A DNA stretch of 64,000 nt from an uncultured Thermoplasmata archaeon (lineage in GTDB: Archaea > Thermoplasmatota > Thermoplasmata > Halarchaeoplasmatales > Halarchaeoplasmataceae): the NCBI GenBank assembly GCA_964458595.1, contig CAYWJQ010000005.1, forward strand, positions 6,834 to 70,833. The letters run 5' to 3'. Positions 49,171 through 59,628 of this stretch are shown piece after piece (the stretch's first letter is position 1; the number at the start of each line of letters is the position of its first letter). Under the pieces are notes generated by a model that was not told where the DNA came from, searched no databases, and saw nothing but the letters and a program-made list of their open reading frames with translations. A program made the translations under genes and the position numbers.

Positions 49171-49287
49171 TTCCTTCTCGATCTGATGGATAATATATTA
49201 ACGATCGATATCTCGAGACGATATCAAATGTTCGAAAGATATTATTAACAGTGCTTTCGTTTTGATGTAAGGAAGGGGAAGGGTACC

Positions 49288-50913
49288 GTGATATGGTCTA
49301 TAGAAAAGCCTAACAGCGAGATGGAAGACGTATTAGATTACCAAAAAGGTTCAGAAGAAAGAGAAGAACTGAAAAACGAGTTTTCAAGGATAAAAGAAGG
49401 AATAGAAGATATACCACTGGTGATCGGTGGAGAAGAGATAAGAACCGGGAATACGCGGAAAGTATATTGTCCTCACGACCATGACGAAGTCTTAGCCGAA
49501 GTGCATCTTGCTCGTGAGGACGAGGTAGAAAAGGCTATAGATGCGTCGCTCGAAGCAAAACAGGGATGGAGCGAGATAAATTGGTATCACAGGGTCGCGG
49601 TGTTTCGCAAGGCGGCCGATCTTCTAGCGGGTCCTCGTCGTTTCGAAAATATAGCCGCCATCATGATGAATCACTCGAAAAACCCATATGAGGCGGAGAT
49701 CGATCTGGCCGAGCTGGTGGATTTCTGGAGGCTTAATGCTTATTACATGCAGTTCATATACGAACAACAGCCAGATCAGGCAGAAGGCGAGATGAACAGG
49801 ATGGATTGGAGACCGCTCGAAGGTTTCGTTTTCGCAGTCCCACCTTTCAACTTTTACTCAATCGCGGGAAATCTGCCTTCAGCCCCGGCTATCGTCGGAA
49901 ATACGGTCCTTTGGAAGCCTTCTTTGAACGTTTCGCTTTCTAACTACGAGATCATGAAGATATTGAGAGAAGCCGGATTGAAAGACGGGGTGATAAACTT
50001 CATACCGTTCCCCAGCGATATCTCCGATATCGTTTTCGAGGATCCGAACTTCGCAGGGCTGCACTTCACGGGTAGTTACGAGACTTTGTCGTTTTTGTGG
50101 AAAAAGATAAATTCAAATGTCGATGATTACAAAAATTTTCCGAAGATAGTCGGAGAAGCGGGTGGTAAAGATTTCATCTTCATACACGAGTCCGCGGACG
50201 TGAAAAACGCCGGGATGAACATCATCAGGGGAGGATTCGGCTACCAGGGACAGAAATGTTCGGCCTCATCTCGTGTTTACTGTCCCGAGAACATTTGGGA
50301 TGATCTGAAGGATCTACTTTTAGATGAGATAAAAGAAGTAGGTTATGGGCCGGTCGAAGACATGAAAGAATACATGGGCGCGGTCATCGACAAAAAAGCC
50401 TATGAAAAAATAATCGGATACATAGAGTATGCGGAGCAGAATCCGACGAACTATGATATACTGTACGGGGGTGGATATGACGATTCAGAAGGCTGGTTCA
50501 TCGAGCCAACTCTGATCAGGTCTTATGAGGAAGATGGAAAACTGATGTCCGAGGAGATATTCGGCCCGGTGGTGACGATCTACGTCTATGAGGAAGATAA
50601 GTTCGAAGAGACACTCCACCTTTGTGATGAAACTTCGCCTTACGCTCTGACCGGTTCTATCTTCGCCAAGGACAGCGGCGCGATACATATGGCGGAAGAA
50701 GTCTTGAGATATGCGGCAGGCAACCTTTACATAAACGATAAACCGACCGGCGCTATCGTAGGCAGACAACCTTTCGGAGGGACAAGATCCTCCGGAACTA
50801 ACGACAAAGCCGGACACTGGGTCAATCTTCTAAGATGGATGACGCCTAGGACGATAAAGGAAACTATACTGCCCGCAGAAGGATGGAAAAGATCCTTTAT
50901 GGAGGAAGGATGA
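49288..50913 (+). CDS. pruA: L-glutamate gamma-semialdehyde (P5C) dehydrogenase
   Basis: PFNF, FTGS, GEAGGKDF, catalytic GQKCSA, EEIFGP and SGTNDKAG motifs. Confidence 0.93.
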   Translation: MIWSIEKPNSEMEDVLDYQKGSEEREELKNEFSRIKEGIEDIPLVIGGEEIRTGNTRKVYCPHDHDEVLAEVHLAREDEVEKAIDASLEAKQGWSEINWYHRVAVFRKAADLLAGPRRFENIAAIMMNHSKNPYEAEIDLAELVDFWRLNAYYMQFIYEQQPDQAEGEMNRMDWRPLEGFVFAVPPFNFYSIAGNLPSAPAIVGNTVLWKPSLNVSLSNYEIMKILREAGLKDGVINFIPFPSDISDIVFEDPNFAGLHFTGSYETLSFLWKKINSNVDDYKNFPKIVGEAGGKDFIFIHESADVKNAGMNIIRGGFGYQGQKCSASSRVYCPENIWDDLKDLLLDEIKEVGYGPVEDMKEYMGAVIDKKAYEKIIGYIEYAEQNPTNYDILYGGGYDDSEGWFIEPTLIRSYEEDGKLMSEEIFGPVVTIYVYEEDKFEETLHLCDETSPYALTGSIFAKDSGAIHMAEEVLRYAAGNLYINDKPTGAIVGRQPFGGTRSSGTNDKAGHWVNLLRWMTPRTIKETILPAEGWKRSFMEEG

Positions 50914-50963
50914 CCGGGAGACCACCACTCTAATACTCACGATATCCATATATATCTTCAGAG

Positions 50964-51377
50964 ATGGGTCTCAACATGTCTCAAAAATTAATGCTTTACG
51001 CGGTGGGGATATGGTTCCTGTTCATGTTCTTGGCTATAGTCAATGCGGTGATAAGGGAGGGGTTTTACGGGCCTAAGATCGGTGACTGGGGCGGACACGT
51101 GGTAAGTACGATCATATTGATCCTCCTTATCTTCCTCGTCGTATATCTATTCCTTTCGGGTATAACTCTAGAATACAGTCGACGGGATCTTTTCCTTATA
51201 GGTCTCATCTGGGTCTTAGCCACGATTAGTTTTGAATTCTTGGCGGGGCACTATATCTTCGGTAATTCTTGGGAAAAACTGCTCAGGGACTACAATATAC
51301 TTGCGGGTAGGGTCTGGTCTTTGGTCCTGATAGCTATCTTCAGCGCCCCGATATTGATTGATAAATTGATCTCTTAA
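50964..51377 (+). CDS. Hypothetical membrane protein (4 TM)
   Basis: Hydrophobic helices with 'FEFLAGHY...SWEKLL.DYN...GRVW' motif. Confidence 0.7.
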   Translation: MGLNMSQKLMLYAVGIWFLFMFLAIVNAVIREGFYGPKIGDWGGHVVSTIILILLIFLVVYLFLSGITLEYSRRDLFLIGLIWVLATISFEFLAGHYIFGNSWEKLLRDYNILAGRVWSLVLIAIFSAPILIDKLIS

Positions 51378-51394
51378 AAAATGAGCAAAAGCAT

Positions 51395-53038
51395 TCAATC
51401 GGTGAAAAGGTCGACGAATTCGAATTTGTCTACATCGAATAGACCTCTATCGCTCAATTTCAAGCTCGGTATCTGAAGCTGAGATTGGAAAGATAGGGTC
51501 ATGAAAGGTGAAGCGAGTTCACAGTCCATAGAACTCGTCATGCGTTTGAGTTCTTCGTATCTTTCTTTTACCTCTTCATCGGGCAGATCGGTCATCAGAC
51601 CAGCTATAGGCAGTGGCAAGACTCTTTCTTTTTCATCCGAAACTGCGCAGAGACCGCCCTCGTTCTCGATTATCGAATTCATCGCTATGCGGATCGACCT
51701 TTCGTCCGCTCCGACGGCAACGATATTGTGGGTGTCGTGCAGGACACTCGACGCTAAAGCACCTTCAGTCAGACCGAAGTTATGGACTAATCCCAACGAT
51801 GGAGTCGCCTCTTCTTCGTACCTGTTCAGAACCGCTATCTTCAAGATATCTCGTTCCGTATCAGGGACGACTTCGCCGTTTTGGACTTTAGGTCTTTTTG
51901 TTATACGATCGGTGGTCAGTTCCCCGTCCTGTACGTCCATTATCTTGGCCCTGCGACCTCTTTTTTGTATCGTTAGGTCAGAAGTTTCCACTTTTTTCGC
52001 CTTGAAATTATTTATCTTATTTGGAGGGGCGATATCGTTGAACCGAGTATTTTCTCCGTTGCTATCATATACCAAGTTCCCGTCGATGAAAGTCTTCTCC
52101 ACATCGAAGTCCTGTAGATCGTGGACAACGATGAAGTCGGCGGGATCGCCTTCTTTCAGAAGACCCACATCGGTCTCATAATGTTCGACAGGATTGATGC
52201 ATGCCGTCCTCAGGACTTTCATCAGGTCTATATCTCTTTCGACCGCTCTTTTGACTAGGCGATCGATATGGCCTCTCTCTAGATCGTCTATATGCTTGTC
52301 GTCACTGCAGAACATGCACTTCTCGGGATACTCCTGAACGAGATCTACCAGTTCCTCGAAATTTTTAGCCGCTGATCCTTCTCTTATCTGGATCTTCATA
52401 CCTTTTTCCAGTTTCTCCCTCCCTTCACTCTCATCGCTACACTCGTGGTCCGTGGTCACGCCGGCGGAGATATATCTTTCAAGATTTTCACCACCCAAGC
52501 CCGGAGCGTGGCCGTCTATCTTCAATCCGTGCTTTTGGGCCGTCTCGATCTTCTTCATCACGTTTTCTTCCCTATCAACGACCGCGGGATAATCCATCAC
52601 TTCGCCAAGAAATATACAGTAACCATCTTTGAACAGGTCATCGATATCCTCGGCAGATATCTCCGTTCCGCTCGTCTCATGCGAACTCGCAGGAACGCAG
52701 GAGGGAGCACCGAAATAAAATTTTAGAGGTGCTTTTTCAGCCTCGTCTACCATGAATCTGATACCTTCGACACCGAGAACGTTGGCTATCTCGTGTGGAT
52801 CCGAAAGGGTCGAAACTGTACCGTGTTGAACAGCCGTTTCAGCGAACCTCGAAGGCGGCAGCATCGAACCTTCTATGTGTACGTGAGAGTCAACGAAACC
52901 TGGAAGGATATACCTCTCCTCGTCTGTTTTCTCTTTTTCTATACTGCGGATCAGACCATCTTCGACGGTCAAGACTCCCTCGAATATCTCTCCATCCAAA
53001 ACATGTACGATCTTTCCTTCTAACCGAGTAGAGGTCAC
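51395..53038 (-). CDS. ade: Adenine deaminase
   Basis: DSHVHIE, DPHEIANVLG, DGHAPG, DHEC and 'HDTHNI' motifs. Confidence 0.95.
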   Translation of the reverse strand: MTSTRLEGKIVHVLDGEIFEGVLTVEDGLIRSIEKEKTDEERYILPGFVDSHVHIEGSMLPPSRFAETAVQHGTVSTLSDPHEIANVLGVEGIRFMVDEAEKAPLKFYFGAPSCVPASSHETSGTEISAEDIDDLFKDGYCIFLGEVMDYPAVVDREENVMKKIETAQKHGLKIDGHAPGLGGENLERYISAGVTTDHECSDESEGREKLEKGMKIQIREGSAAKNFEELVDLVQEYPEKCMFCSDDKHIDDLERGHIDRLVKRAVERDIDLMKVLRTACINPVEHYETDVGLLKEGDPADFIVVHDLQDFDVEKTFIDGNLVYDSNGENTRFNDIAPPNKINNFKAKKVETSDLTIQKRGRRAKIMDVQDGELTTDRITKRPKVQNGEVVPDTERDILKIAVLNRYEEEATPSLGLVHNFGLTEGALASSVLHDTHNIVAVGADERSIRIAMNSIIENEGGLCAVSDEKERVLPLPIAGLMTDLPDEEVKERYEELKRMTSSMDCELASPFMTLSFQSQLQIPSLKLSDRGLFDVDKFEFVDLFTD

Positions 53039-53170
53039 GGGGATCGTTCTGTTTATAATGTATTACGATTAAAAGATTTCCCAAATCTGATCTCGGATAT
53101 CCATTATAGTGAGGTTTTTTAATAAATCCCGTAAAACATAAAAACTTTCTTTCATTAACCTTTTGTAGAT

Positions 53171-53602
53171 ATGGGTTTGATCTGGAAACTAAAAGATAAG
53201 CTCTATTTCGTTATAGGAGGACTACTTCTTTTCGTAGGTATCGTTTTCGATGCGGCAGGAGGATATATGATCTTACGAGGAGAGGAAGGCGTCGGAGCCT
53301 TCGTTCTCTTCTTTTTCACACTCATTTTAGTTTTACCGGCTGTCCTTCTGATAAGGCACGGTTTTAAATTGAGAAAGAAACAGGACAAACTAGAGAAGTT
53401 AAAATTGTATTTGAAAAGGAATAACAAGATTAAGGTATCAAAGCTCGCAAATGCAGTGGGTGAGAACCAGCTGAACACTATCTCCCTTCTAGAAGACGGG
53501 ATGGATAAAGGCCTGTTCCACGGGAGCTACGAGGAAGAAGACGATATACAGTACTTCAAATACAGTGAATATCCAACAGACAGCGAAAACTATAACACCT
53601 GA
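53171..53602 (+). CDS. Hypothetical protein (2 TM plus small cytoplasmic wHTH-like domain)
   Basis: Two hydrophobic helices, then 'KIKVSKLANAVGE..L' helical domain. Confidence 0.55.
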   Translation: MGLIWKLKDKLYFVIGGLLLFVGIVFDAAGGYMILRGEEGVGAFVLFFFTLILVLPAVLLIRHGFKLRKKQDKLEKLKLYLKRNNKIKVSKLANAVGENQLNTISLLEDGMDKGLFHGSYEEEDDIQYFKYSEYPTDSENYNT

Positions 53603-53627
53603 TGGATAGAGAATTTAGAAGGTCGCT

Positions 53628-53876
53628 TTATTCTTCTAGTACCTCATTCTCCACCATCTCTATCTTTTCCTGGATAGACCCTAGAGCTTCTTTATCGAAA
53701 AAAGTACCCGGTTCAGGTCTAAATATATAAGAATCCCATCCAGAATCATAACGTATGTCTCCCAAGACCTTTCCTTCTATCTTGTTCTCTATCTTGTAGA
53801 TCGGGTTGTCTTTCTCCGGGAAGGAGGCTCTGATAAATTTAAGATACTCGGTTTCATATTCTTCTTCTAGGCTCAT
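53628..53876 (-). CDS. Small hypothetical protein
   Basis: 82-aa acidic ORF with GGAGCGTGA SD-like sequence upstream. Confidence 0.55.
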   Translation of the reverse strand: MSLEEEYETEYLKFIRASFPEKDNPIYKIENKIEGKVLGDIRYDSGWDSYIFRPEPGTFFDKEALGSIQEKIEMVENEVLEE

Positions 53877-54164
53877 CTTATCACGCTCCTTTTATCATCA
53901 TATATTTTCGGATCACGACTCTCTGAAGGTTTTTTCGAGGTCATATCCTTCCTATTGTAGTGCATATGTGAAGTATATCACAACAGGATGTACCCCGAAG
54001 CTCTCTTTATCTCACTGGTGTTATAAGATAAGTGTCGGATTTTTAATAAATGTTTCGTATTTTTTGGAAACAACAGTTGATCCCCGTCTATATATTTCTC
54101 AAATAATATACATCCCGATATCGGTCACCTGATCGATCTTCAAAAGGATTTTAGGTATGGTCGC

Positions 54165-56840
54165 TCATCTCCCGCCCATCTTCTTCAGTATTGAATCCAA
54201 CATATCTTCGGCATTCTTTTTCGCGTGTTCGTCGTCTCTCTCTCCCGCTCTCTTTTTGAGTTTTTCGAGCAGATCTTTAGCCCTCTCGTAATCGCCGGTC
54301 TCCCGATAGATACGGGCTTCCTCGAATTCGCAGGCGTTCACTCCTCCGATCATGTTCTCTTCTTTCAAAGTCTCTTTGAGATCTTTAAGTTCCTCTAGAG
54401 CTTTTTCAGGTCTTCCGCTGTCGTGAAGATCGAATGCGTACTTCAACCTGGCCCTGTAAGACTTTTCGTCCTCTTTGAGATCTGAATAGCCTTTCACGGA
54501 TTTCATCCTATGGTTCAAACATCCTTTCTGATCTTTTCCTTTCAGCACATCCGCGAGTCTATCGTGGGCCTTGACTTCCAAAGAAGTCATCTCGTCTTTT
54601 CCGAAGAACCCACTGCGGCGGTCCTCCTCTATCTCTATCGCTCTCTTGAGGTCCTCGGCCGCTCTTTCTTCATAACCCATCTCTACTTGAAGATCGGCGC
54701 TTTCGATCAATAGTTCCACGGCATCGCTCTTCCTATCCTTCTCTAGATTACTTTCGACGGCCTTCTCGAGATTATCGAGTGAGCTCCCAAGATCACCTTT
54801 CCTTTCGTACAGGAGAGAAAGGTTCTCGTATATTATCGGTCTTTCCCCGCCCCGGTCCAGCGCCTTTTCGAAAAGTTCTTTGGCCTTATCCAATTCATTC
54901 CTGGTTAGGCTCAGCATCGCCATGTTGTTGTACAGGGTCGGCTCTACCTCGGTCGAGCGTTTTTCTTCTAGCTTATCTTTGACTCTCTCATAGTATCTCT
55001 CAGCTTCATCTAGATCTCCCTTCTTCCTATATACAGTTCCAAGGCTCAGATATTCCCGGATCATGCTTTCCTGATCACCCTTTTCCCGATATCTTTCAAG
55101 GGCGCTCTCGTGAGACTCTATGGTCTCCTTCCACCTTTCCATCTTCATCTGTGCCTCTCCCAACTTTTCTCTGATAGCGGTCGTGTCCTTCCCGCTCTGT
55201 ACAGCTCGTTCGTATCTTTGTAGAGCTTTTTCCCAATCCTCGGATTCTAGATATATATCGCCCAACACTTCGTAGAATTCGGGACTTTTCTCTTCCGGTA
55301 TCTCCGGCATATCTTCTATTATCTCCCGACGGACGTGTTCGTTCAAGGAACCTATCAGCGGAACTAGTTCCTCCATCTTCTCCAGACTCTTCTTCCAATC
55401 ACCGGATTTTTCGAGGTGACGGAGTTCTTCAAGACCTTCGCCTTTCATCCTTTCCGCCGCTTTACGATGGAGTTCCTGCTTTTCCTCTATCGACATATGC
55501 TCATAGAAGAAATCCTTCAAGATCGAATGTATAGTTACTTTACCTTCCCTCGTCTCGGTCACAAGATCGCGATCCTTGAGATCCAGCAGTAGATCGGACT
55601 CCCCCTCCTCGAGAACAGTTTCCTTCTCGACAGGATCCCAGAATACAGATAATCTTCTCATTATCTCCTTTTCTTTCTCTTCCAGTTCCGAATATATCTC
55701 CTTCTCGATGAATTCGTTCATATGGGACGTCTCACCTTTATATCTGCTTGAAAGCTCAACGTAGAGTGGATGTCCCTCCGTGATATCATAAACATTCTCC
55801 GCTTCCTCTCTATCTCCGACGATCTTTTCAACCGCCTCTATATCTAGAGCCCCCAGTTCCAACTCTTGAACGTGATCCTCCATCACATCCCTGACATCAT
55901 AGAAGTCCATCTTTTTTCTGCCCATCAGGATCAGAGCAAGTTCTTCGCCGGTCTTCTTTTGCTCCAATACGATCTCAAAGAAGACCTTCAACTCTTCGGG
56001 CATCTTTTCGCAGTCGTCAAAGAACAGGACGGGTCTCAGATCCGAGATCCTCTGGATGAATCTGTTTGTCACTTTTGGGAGAGGTGCATCGGTATCTAAA
56101 GAGTCGAGACCGCCTCTCACGCAGAAATCGCTGAGAAGCTCGACAAAACTCTCGACGCCGTCCCAGGGATGAAAACTGTACCAGAGGATATCTCTATCCA
56201 GTTCCTCCATCACCATCGTTCCCAAGCTGCTTTTTCCTATGCCCGCGATCCCGGTGATCGTGATTATAGGCGGGACCTCCTCTTTTAGAGATGATATGAT
56301 CTTATCTTTCTCTTCATCTCTCCCATAAAATTCTCCTTTAACAGGTGCATTCATGACCATCTCGACCTTCTCTTTTTCCTGCCCCTCGATGAGTGCCGGT
56401 TCGAACTCTTCGGGATCTAGAACTTCTTTCTTCCTCATCCATTCTTCGATATCGAAAGGGGTGATATCCGGATGGTCTTTTTCCAAGAGTTCTACAGCAC
56501 CACCGATCGTGATCTTCTTTCGCGTCTTTTCCTGTATCGATATCTCTTCTCGTTCCAACTCCCTTTCGAGGTCTTGCGCCGCCTTTTGCCCCTGATCGGT
56601 CAAAAAATATATCTTCCTCCTGCGGTCCATGTCCTTCACTCTAGAGAGTTCCTCTTTCACGAGGGCTTCATCTTTCAGTGTCGAAAGCTCCCTGCTGACA
56701 TTGTTCTTCAGCATATCTAGTGCGTCACTGATGCCGTCCTGGCAGAGGAAGTACGGAGCTATGTATTCCTCCTGATAATCGACCTTCTTCAGTAAAAGGA
56801 GGATGCGCTCCCTATGTGTCAACAGCCCACTTTTTCCCAT
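54165..56840 (-). CDS. wHTH + STAND (NB-ARC/MalT-like) NTPase + TPR protein
   Basis: N-terminal HTH; Walker A GIAGIGKS; Walker B VLFFDD; GxP motif 'TEGHPL'; MHD-like 'IHSILKDF'; multiple TPRs. Confidence 0.85.
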   Translation of the reverse strand: MGKSGLLTHRERILLLLKKVDYQEEYIAPYFLCQDGISDALDMLKNNVSRELSTLKDEALVKEELSRVKDMDRRRKIYFLTDQGQKAAQDLERELEREEISIQEKTRKKITIGGAVELLEKDHPDITPFDIEEWMRKKEVLDPEEFEPALIEGQEKEKVEMVMNAPVKGEFYGRDEEKDKIISSLKEEVPPIITITGIAGIGKSSLGTMVMEELDRDILWYSFHPWDGVESFVELLSDFCVRGGLDSLDTDAPLPKVTNRFIQRISDLRPVLFFDDCEKMPEELKVFFEIVLEQKKTGEELALILMGRKKMDFYDVRDVMEDHVQELELGALDIEAVEKIVGDREEAENVYDITEGHPLYVELSSRYKGETSHMNEFIEKEIYSELEEKEKEIMRRLSVFWDPVEKETVLEEGESDLLLDLKDRDLVTETREGKVTIHSILKDFFYEHMSIEEKQELHRKAAERMKGEGLEELRHLEKSGDWKKSLEKMEELVPLIGSLNEHVRREIIEDMPEIPEEKSPEFYEVLGDIYLESEDWEKALQRYERAVQSGKDTTAIREKLGEAQMKMERWKETIESHESALERYREKGDQESMIREYLSLGTVYRKKGDLDEAERYYERVKDKLEEKRSTEVEPTLYNNMAMLSLTRNELDKAKELFEKALDRGGERPIIYENLSLLYERKGDLGSSLDNLEKAVESNLEKDRKSDAVELLIESADLQVEMGYEERAAEDLKRAIEIEEDRRSGFFGKDEMTSLEVKAHDRLADVLKGKDQKGCLNHRMKSVKGYSDLKEDEKSYRARLKYAFDLHDSGRPEKALEELKDLKETLKEENMIGGVNACEFEEARIYRETGDYERAKDLLEKLKKRAGERDDEHAKKNAEDMLDSILKKMGGR

Positions 56841-56955
56841 ACATGGAGGACATGTGTTCTTTATTATTTATATCTTTGATAGTTTGATAGATCGAGTGAT
56901 AGAATCGTTATACACCTTTATATCCGATGAAAGAGAAGTTTATGATGTGATAAAG

Positions 56956-58473
56956 ATGAAAACGAAAATGTTAATGACCTTACTGGTCGTCGGGCTGCTC
57001 GCGGTCGGTTCGATATTCACTTTTGGGATGGCGACCGCGCAGAACGAAGACGGCCAATGGAAGGTAAAAAAAGAAGAAGGAACTACGGAGAAGTTCGGCG
57101 GGGGACACTACAGGTACTTCAAATTCTCTAACGGGTCGGGAGACCACGATGCGATGTTCGGAGTCATCTGGGGTAACGAGGACACTCCGAATTCTATAGT
57201 GATGGTCTCGACTCAGGCGAGATATCTTGCTCAGGTACAGGTAAGGATGCAGGATTCACATGGAGGTCAGGGAGGACACGGGCAGCATGACGGACAAAGA
57301 TCGCAGGTACAGGAACGACAGTTCGTCAAGATGAACTCTATGCTGGCCACTTCCATAGGAAGGATATACGAGTATAACGACAGCAACGAGAACGGAGTCG
57401 TAAACCTCCAGATGAACGAAGACGGTAGTATATCTTCCGAACTGGAAGACGTCTACAAATACGTCGATCTTCGAAACGCCACTTGGTCGTCGAGCGAAGT
57501 GACGAAAACCCAGAAAGGAGACAACACCACGTGGGAATTCACCTTGACAGCGGAAGACCTGCCCTATAAACCGGTAGGGGAGAGTTTATCGCCGGGGATG
57601 GAACAGGAAGTTTTAGAATACGTGAACTTCACTTTCCACTTGACGGCTGGAACTAGAGAGGTCGATGGTGCAAAGATGCCCTCGTTCGATGTCGAAGTCA
57701 GAGAAGGTTCCGGCGGCAGGATGAGGATGCGGGAAGCTGACAGGAACGGCACAGCAAAAGTGAGCGGATTGGTCGGAGATTTCAGCATGAAATGGGATCA
57801 CGAATTTCAAGGCTGGGATTTCGAGGAAGAAAACCAGAACCCGAGGCTTGTGATGGGGTTCAGGAACATGTTCGGAAATCAGATCCCAACAGAAGAACAC
57901 AGGTGGCACTGGAGATTCATGCACCAGAAACAGGAAAGAGAGGGGGCACATTTCAGAGATCAGCAGGGAGAACACTCGACAAACTTCAGCGAGCCCACTC
58001 AATTTAGGGAGAGACAGTTGAAACAGAACAGGATAAATTACGGTGGCGAATGGTCTAGGGCCGGCATGTTCCGCTGGCAGTCCAACGTTTCTATCGAAGG
58101 AAAACAGGACAAGATGACGGCACAGCTAATATTTGGAGCACCGATGATGCATTCGGGACCTATGGGTAGAGATTTCGTCGGTTTCCAGGTTTGGGGCGGA
58201 TTGAACTATCCCGGAGGACAGAACATCTACCATGATCCTGCACAGTCCGGCAGTGCTTTCCTACAGATAAGCGAAAACAGTGGCGAGATCGACGGAAGCT
58301 TGTTGACACCCCTAATGGGTAAGGTTCTTGTGATCACTATAAGCGGCCTAGCGATAGTGGCGGGAGTCCTACTGTACAGGAAAAGAGGTAACGACGGACC
58401 TAAGAACAGGTACGATAAGAAGGAACCCAGTGAAGAAGAAAACTGGTCGGACTACTACGATCGAGAGCGATGA
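56956..58473 (+). CDS. Hypothetical secreted, C-terminally membrane-anchored protein
   Basis: Signal peptide ending ATA, DxNxNG loop, Gln/Gly/His-rich inserts and C-terminal TM followed by RKR; start trimmed to MKTKML. Confidence 0.72.
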   Translation: MKTKMLMTLLVVGLLAVGSIFTFGMATAQNEDGQWKVKKEEGTTEKFGGGHYRYFKFSNGSGDHDAMFGVIWGNEDTPNSIVMVSTQARYLAQVQVRMQDSHGGQGGHGQHDGQRSQVQERQFVKMNSMLATSIGRIYEYNDSNENGVVNLQMNEDGSISSELEDVYKYVDLRNATWSSSEVTKTQKGDNTTWEFTLTAEDLPYKPVGESLSPGMEQEVLEYVNFTFHLTAGTREVDGAKMPSFDVEVREGSGGRMRMREADRNGTAKVSGLVGDFSMKWDHEFQGWDFEEENQNPRLVMGFRNMFGNQIPTEEHRWHWRFMHQKQEREGAHFRDQQGEHSTNFSEPTQFRERQLKQNRINYGGEWSRAGMFRWQSNVSIEGKQDKMTAQLIFGAPMMHSGPMGRDFVGFQVWGGLNYPGGQNIYHDPAQSGSAFLQISENSGEIDGSLLTPLMGKVLVITISGLAIVAGVLLYRKRGNDGPKNRYDKKEPSEEENWSDYYDRER

Positions 58474-58567
58474 AAACTCCTTTCTCTTTTTTATATAATT
58501 ATTTTAGATCGGCGTTCGGATTTTGCAGTAAACCTTGATATCAAGATATTATATTTTTAGGTTCACT

Positions 58568-58969
58568 TTACTCCTCTTTCTTCTTGAAAAACAACCAGTT
58601 CTCGGGCTCTTCTTCCGGTTTGAACCTTATCAGTACATATTTTCCTTCCAGTCTTTCACCCCGTATATCCATGACGATCTTGTTCTCCTCCCACTCCACG
58701 ATCTCATACGTTCCTTCATCCCATAATTCGACTTCTCCAGCTCCATATTTTCCCTCTTCTATCTCTCCCTCGAAAGAGGCGTAATCGAGTGGATGATCTT
58801 CCGTTTCTATGGCGAGTCTCTTGTCCGATGGATCTTCAGATGGACCTTTAGGGATGGCCCAGCTTTTCAACACCCCATCTTTTTTTAGACGGAGATCGTA
58901 ATGAAAAGAACTAGCGTCGTGTTTCTGGATGGAATATATCCTCTCTCCTTCATCGCTGGAGTTAGCCAT
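58568..58969 (-). CDS. Stand-alone LigD-type 3'-phosphoesterase (PE domain)
   Basis: 'IQKHDA...HYDLRL', '[36 protein letters not shown]' signature. Confidence 0.93.
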   Translation of the reverse strand: MANSSDEGERIYSIQKHDASSFHYDLRLKKDGVLKSWAIPKGPSEDPSDKRLAIETEDHPLDYASFEGEIEEGKYGAGEVELWDEGTYEIVEWEENKIVMDIRGERLEGKYVLIRFKPEEEPENWLFFKKKEE

Positions 58970-59235
58970 ATCAGTGATACCTCCTACATTTAGAAGTGAG
59001 TTCGTAGGTTAAATCTTTTGAGGATGCAGAGAGATGTTATGAAAACGCGAAGGGAACTTTGCAGGGAAAGAAGCAAAAAGAAGATCCGAAGATTTCATCT
59101 GTATCATCGGAATATTTTTCAGTTCGACTTCTTACCACTGAACGATGAAATTGGGTCTAAATCGGGTCGAACGTGGGATTTAATTCGGAATATCATTATA
59201 AATAAGTAAAGGGGTGTTTAGTACAGGTGTCAAAC

Positions 59236-59628
59236 ATGAACAAAAAGGTAGGAACGATAGTGGTCGTCCTCTCCGCCGTACTGGTAGTTGGAGGAGTGGG
59301 CCTTGCCGTAGCCGGTAACTACAACGGCGACACAGTGGCACAGAGTACTAGAGATACTGTGCGAGACGGGAACTGCACAGGAGAACCAAGACTTAGGATA
59401 TTAGATAGGGTAAACCTGACCGATGAACAGGAACAGAAGATAAGAGATAAGGTTATCTCCATGAGAGAAAACGGTGCTAACCATACAGAGATAAGAGATA
59501 CGGTCAGAGACATGGTCGAAGACTTTGGAGCAGAATTACCTGATGGAGAAGGTTTTGGACAGAGAAATCAAGGACAAGGTCGGGGACAGGGAAACGGACA
59601 AGGACAGAGACACAGGCGGGGCAAGTAA
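59236..59628 (+). CDS. Small secreted protein with an LTXXQ-like motif and Gly/Gln-rich tail
   Basis: Signal peptide ending AVA; 'NLTDEQEQKIR'; GQGRGQGNGQGQ tail; AGGTG SD before ATG 59236. Confidence 0.65.
   Translation: MNKKVGTIVVVLSAVLVVGGVGLAVAGNYNGDTVAQSTRDTVRDGNCTGEPRLRILDRVNLTDEQEQKIRDKVISMRENGANHTEIRDTVRDMVEDFGAELPDGEGFGQRNQGQGRGQGNGQGQRHRRGK

Noticed and set aside
49191-49226. Palindromes TAATATATTA and GATATC-N7-GATATC upstream of pruA
   Set aside because: Short AT-rich and GATATC palindromes are frequent in this sequence, and there is no second instance to support a regulatory role.
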